From NCBI GenBank assembly GCA_964016885.1, contig OZ024740.1:390476001-390540000 (forward strand): DNA of 64,000 nt. The letters are read 5' to 3'. This DNA comes from Eledone cirrhosa. Taxonomy: Eukaryota. This document shows positions 57,591-64,000 of this stretch, one piece after another; positions within the stretch are counted from its first letter, which is position 1, and the number at the start of each line of letters is the position of its first letter. Position numbers and translations under genes: made by a program. Below the pieces are notes generated by a model, which ran no database searches, had not been told where the DNA came from, and saw nothing but the letters and a program-made list of their open reading frames with translations.

Positions 57591-58617
57591 CATGATTGAA
57601 AAATAATTGTTTCTACTTTTGGCACGAGGCCAGCAATGAAAAATAATGTGATGCACCTAGCTGCGACAGCTTTGAACAAAGGAGATATTTTTCCTGAGTC
57701 ACTGCTGATTTGAAGCCAAACGATAACAATGAAGTGGGTGTATATAACCTAAATACTGACAGACATTTCTGCCAACTCACCGATCTTCCTATTGCAATGC
57801 CCTGCTTTAATAAAAACATTTATTAGAGGAATATTGCTCTGAGCATCTTAAGGTTCAGAATTGACTCTACAGACTGGGAAAATCGTTGCTTCCTTGTTTT
57901 GCACCAATATATATGAATGATACTTTGCAGGCAACTTATCGATCAAATCCTGAACATTATCTCTTTTAACAGTACTAGACTCTCGTACAATCAATAATCA
58001 GGCTGATTCTCTATACAAATAGTTATTTCATTGTCAACTATAAGTTTTTCAGAATAAATATAAATATTTTCCTATTACAAACTTTTAGTTCAGAGGCGCT
58101 TTTGAAATGTAAAGGCACCTCTTCTGGAATTCCTCTTTTCCAAGATTGTTGAGTTAGAGTAACAGACTAAAATCCATTATATGATTTAGTTTCGTCTATT
58201 TCCGATTCCCGTTGGCATCACACCGGAGTCAACCTTGACTATGTTCACCTCAGGAAACCTGTCAATTTTCATAGTCAAAGGAACTCATTCAGTGTGAATA
58301 TCACAAACTAGTTTCAACACAATCAAAATACATACTTAACATTACCTACTCTCATCCTTCAAACCTTAACCTACAACATAGTCCACATCGATCTCACTAG
58401 TATAAGTGGATTTGCAAAATGTATGGCGGCAGCTCCTTTATTAACTAACTTCTTTAACGTTATGACAGTTATGTACTGTACAGCATGTAAATCGGTTTGT
58501 CTTTAGGTGATTCTAATTTCAAATAAGTTTTTCAAGAAGAAACTGCTAACCCTTCGCATAATGAGTGCCTCCTCAATATCTTTCTCGTGGCGTAACGTAA
58601 CCATTTCAGAGAGTGAA

Positions 58618-58705
<88 letters not shown>

Positions 58706-60288
58706 TTTATCTGACGATTTAATGACTGCCAACTCGTCGCCCATTTGTCGCCAGCTGCATATAGATAAAATCCAAATTTCTGAGTGAGTAGTAATAGGCT
58801 GTAGATACGCATACTGGCATATGGAGACTTTGGTTTGTTTCATTATTCCATTAAATTGCCAATCAATCGTCGTTTTATCTATCTAATATTTTACTTTCTG
58901 TAGATATTTGCTATGGGACGATTAACTTCATTGACCTCTGTGAATTGAAATATTGAAGTAATACCGTGTAAACTTTCCGTATGGAATTATCTCTTACATG
59001 AATTGAAATAGATAAAATTAGAAACTAAAACTGCATCTTGGATTGTCGGGAGATTTTATTGTCAGGTGTTCTCGTACAACTCTGACGTAAAATTGCTTTC
59101 TACACATTTTAAAAGAGAGCACAGTTCAAAACAACCACTTCTGTCCTTCGCTTATTTTATTGATACTAAAAGGATGAAAGGCAAAATCAAAATGTAAAAT
59201 GACATAACTAAATACCGCAAGGCATTTTGTTTGACGTATCTGCTTTTGCCGTGCTTTGATACAAAATTTAAAAAATAACAATCTAATAAAAATGTTGTTT
59301 TAGATTAGATTTGAAAGCCTTTTAGTATTCCTGAAAGTATTTTGGATTTAGCTTATTTGGTCCGGTCTTAAACATTTCTGTAGTTTTGAATTTTGGTCAC
59401 GTAGGTTTTACAGATAAATTCAACTAATTTAATGATCAGGTTTCCTTTGGCCTTATAATCCCTATTAACTACTGTTAAACATTTATTTAAAACTGAGCTA
59501 TACATTTCAGATTAGTCGCCTATCATACAGCCTTTCTTTTATTCATTGCTATTAAACGTAATAACTAAACTGAAACTTGTGTTGGGAGCAAATAAAACGT
59601 GCTTTCACTCTTTCTCGTGTTGAAAGAAATTTTCAGTTACACTATGATGGAACCTAATTTTCGTTTGGATTCATGCTAGACGATATTAACGCTCGGATAA
59701 GCTATGTAATCGTGCTTGTTAGTTCTTGTTAATTTGTCATACCATATTCTGTTCGTGGAAAACTGCTTTTGTATTCTTAAAACGTTTCACTATCTATACC
59801 AAGACGTCATTCCAGCAAACAAATACCAATTTACTTTTTCATTAGTTTGAATCGTCATCAATAGATTTGTTGCGAAGTGGTTGACTGTTTAAGATAATAC
59901 ATTCTTAACATAGAGACTTTCAGTTCCTATTCGATATAAGCATTATGCTGCCTCTCTAGGTTGCAGATATTTTAATTAGATAATTTACAGTTTGATTTAA
60001 ATGCTGGGTATACAACTAATACTATTGTCTTTCGTCAGCTGATTACTCATTTCAATACCTTGAAATAAGTACTCGTCTTATTAATCAACTCAATTTATAG
60101 GTGATTTCAATTTTTGCGTTACTTCAAGGAAAAAAGCTATACTACAGAGTTTTAAAGTAAAAGAAGCATTTGCTTTTACTTGTAACCCATGTCAAACATA
60201 CCACCAAAGTCTGGGTTTTGGGATTCATGTGTGCCACATTTCTTGTATAGGTATTTCGTAAAAGAGTTCTATCTATCTTTCTATCTAT

Positions 60289-60323
<35 letters not shown>

Positions 60324-61596
60324 TCACTCTTACTCCTTCATCTCACCCCCTCTCTCCTTCACGCACACGCACAGACACTCAATGGACTCCCACACAGTTT
60401 CTGCTTGCAAGCTGTCACATACAAGGCATTAGTTTATGCTATGCTATGGTAGAAAATACTTGCCCAAGGTGCCAAGCAATGGGTGTCTAACTGGGATCTT
60501 TCTAGTTGCAAAGTCAATTTTTCACCCCACAGCTATACCTAAAGCTTGAACACATCAAATATATCAATAATTCTTTAATACCTACAGAAAACCATACACT
60601 TTGTCTTATATTCTAATACACTTGCTTCTAAGTCCTAATGTGAGAAATTTATGAATTAGAGGATAAGGTATTGAAAGTGTAGCCATTTTTCTTTTTACTT
60701 GGCACAAAAATTTTCATTTCTATTATTTTCATTATCACTTTTTTTTTATGTGAGTGATTGTTAACGTATTTCAGTGATTAATAGCTACAAAATTAAAGTA
60801 AAAAACAAAATAAAACATTAATATATTTACGATTAGTGATATCAGTTTTAAGAAAAGCATAGGTTAAAATGATGATAAATCATAATTTTGAAAACCAATA
60901 ATAAAACTCTATTGACAGATTTTATTGAAACATTTTTTTAACTGTTGTATGTTAGTAGTCGTTTCATAAACTGATTGATTTAATTCTATGAACATATGCC
61001 AATGTTCTGTTCTCAAAATTTGGGAGCCAAACAAGAATAAACGGTAGTGAATATGAAATATACATGACAAACGTTTCTCAAGTCTTATCTATTCTTTTTT
61101 TTTGTTTTGTTTAATCTTTGTGAAACTGGAACTTGAGAATTTACTTCGAATACGCATATTTTATGATATAACGACGACTTAATCCGTTGACCGATTTCAC
61201 AGCACAACCTGACTCATGACTGTTTGCAACAGAGTAAATTCCGTTATATTCAGAACAGATTGCGGGTTTGAGGATAACCAATGATTTTGTTTTCTAACTT
61301 TCTCTACCAGTCTAGTAGGCACTGCAATTACGCCTTAGGTAGTGTCCTTTCTCTTTTCAATACGCCATAAAAATGTATACAAATTTGTATATATGCGATC
61401 TATTAACATAAAGTTTGACCTTACGTTCTCAAAAAGATTGTGGAAGTCTGCTTTTATAATATATATAGAATTTTAAAAATCCAAACATGTTTGCTGTAAT
61501 TCATAATCCATGGAAAGGACAAGAATGAGATATATCTTTTTAGACTTTGATAACATATTTCATTTACGTTGATTATAATAAATATTCTGATAAAAG

Positions 61597-62270
61597 CTTC
61601 CTGGTTGATTGTTGACGAGTTCGGTCTGCACCAGCTATCCTGTTGCCATAACGCAGAGCGGGTCTCCTGTAACGTAGTTCTGAATGACATAATCCGAAGG
61701 AGCCTCGATGCAGATGGTTTCCCATCAGAACTGGAGCTAGTTGACCTCAATAGTGGCGAGACGGAATAACTCTTTCAATTCACGAGAGATAAATCCCTAA
61801 TCTAGGATGCCATATGCTGCGGCTCGTACTCCGCTTCCAGCCATGTCGCTTCAGCCGCAAACCCAGGCATTGCCGCCTGCAGTGCAGAGGAGAGGAACAT
61901 TGCCAAATACCGGGGTTTGACTGACCGCTTCCTTTTCACTCTGGTTGCCGTTGAGACTTCATGGGTCCTAGATCCTCAAAAGGCTATTTACCTTCGCAAA
62001 GTCGAAAAAACAACAGCACAACTAAGGAAAGAGCTTCATGAGACGGAGAGGCTGTTGCAGCAGGTGTCGCTGACCGTTCTCCGTGGCAATGCTTTCGCCA
62101 TTTTGTCTGCAGGACGTAGTTGAGAGAAACCGCTTAGACAGGGAAGTAGACTGTCACTCCCCCTCTCCTCTTCCTTTCATTGTTTAATTTCTTATTTCAT
62201 TTTATTGCTTTTAATTTTCTTTTATTCGTAATTTCCTTATTGCTTTGTATATATATTTCTGTAAATAAAG
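61597..62270 (+). pseudogene. 3' fragment of a CRE-clade non-LTR element (Zn finger and restriction-like endonuclease region)
   Basis: DEFGLHQLSC..LNDIIRRSL..GFPSELE; AEERNIAKY; FTLVAVET; QVSLTVLRGNAFAIL; AATAAA near 62264; the PD motif is deleted. Confidence 0.82.
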
Positions 62271-63494
62271 ATGTATATTTTAATTCATTCCTGTAATGTA
62301 TATGCAATAATATTCTTTGCAAGCTATGTTTTTATCTCGGTTTTTACCAGTGTTATTCTATATTTCATTTCAACTATTTTATCTAAGAATAGTGGTAATT
62401 TAACATCTTGCAGGAACCCCGAAGCCATATCCACAAAAGTGTTATTTCCATACAAGGATAATAAATTAATAAAATAATTGTGTAAAACTTTTAACTATTA
62501 GTGATTCTAGATAAAATGTTTACTTTCACTTTCCAGGTTATTTGCAGTTCTCATGGTTAGCATAGACTATAAAAAAAAAAACCCATAAACAATTTGCTCC
62601 TTCTGCAATTAACCCAAATATTGAAATCTTATGACTTCACCTTTTGCACTAAACTCATCGAATTTTCAATCATAAAGATATTCCTCATTATCAATAGAGT
62701 TGGCAAAATTGAGTCTTTGTGAACTCCTTGGGCTATATTCCCGGCCAAAAAATACTCTTTTATGCTTTTATTTGTTATATATGAGTGCTTCTATATAATA
62801 TAAGAGAAAGGAAAACAAAATAGAGATTTCTTAAAAAAACCCAGAAGTGAGTAAAAGTATTGTAAAGACATATGTTAAATGATGCAACTAAACGAACACG
62901 TTTGATGAGAATACAAATGTATGTAACATAGTTTGCATCATTCTCTTTTTTATTTTGATATTGACCACAAAAGCGTCCTATAATATTTTCAGTCTTTTCC
63001 TTAGTTATAGTCATGCATTTAAGTTAGTTGCACAAGTTAAATAACACTTGTTTTTTATAATCTTTAATTGACTAAAATGACTGAAACTAAGAAATGCAAA
63101 TGTTTATATATCCATGATTAGTGAAACAAAAGAATCAAAAATAGAAATTCGTTTCGGTTTTCAAAAACGCTTGCTATTCTAGAATGTTATTTTAGTAATA
63201 AGTATGTAACCTATCTGTATTCAATATGTCCTACTCTAGAACCTAGAGTCTAGGTACTCTATAAAAAACGAAATCAGCCACAAGGAACAGGAAATGCATT
63301 AGAAATAAGCTCACATATATATGGCAACAACATCCTTTTCAGAGTTGTTCATTGAATGCGGTCATTGGACTGTACTGCCTTTAAGTATTTTAATCCCCAT
63401 TGTACTTATTGCAGTCTGTTACTTATATTATCGATCTCTATTGAATGACTAAAGTACATTTATAATGCAAAGGGACGTATTTTACACAAGCACG

Positions 63495-63574
<80 letters not shown>

Positions 63575-63592
63575 CATATATATATGTGTGTG

Positions 63593-63702
<110 letters not shown>

Positions 63703-64000
63703 GAAAAATTGAACAGGGACAGAACAGAGAGGCAGTACGACAAATGTTTATTAAATTCACGCTCAGGAGAGTGGGGGGTAATATACGTTTTGTTATTTAT
63801 GTTTTTTTTTTTTACTGTACCTTACCTTCAATTTTCTTAATTTCTTCTAAGTGGACAGAAACGTATAGTTACGACAAATTGGAGGGAAGGTACAGTAATA
63901 AGACACAAATAACAAAAAGATTTGTCCCAAATTCCGTGCAGTTGGATCGAACGCAGAATAAATTTCTTTTGTTGACATGAGTTAAATTTGGGGTCAATTT

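Overview
AT-rich, microsatellite-saturated eukaryotic DNA with no recognisable host gene exon. The repeat content resembles an octopus-like cephalopod genome (inference). Conventional content: decayed non-LTR fragments (Tx1/L1, RTE, CRE-type, a gag-knuckle ORF1), a 5'-truncated Penelope-like element (PLE) with an open GIY-YIG ORF, Helitron pieces, two Tc1/mariner-type MITEs, many tRNA-derived SINEs, an (ATGT)n-associated ~610-bp repeat, and two minisatellites (29-bp and 23-bp units). The main finding is a dense set of type I hammerhead ribozymes (HHRs): about 9 with all core motifs plus several degenerate or half copies. They belong to at least 6 unrelated families, nearly all embedded in (TA)n tracts. 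Several families are non-coding 1.1-1.7x tandem monomers (436, ~530, ~720 nt) with one HHR each, palindromic stem III and compensatory changes between copies. This fits retrozyme-like or non-autonomous PLE RNAs, possibly mobilised by the PLE. All structures were folded by eye and activity is untested.
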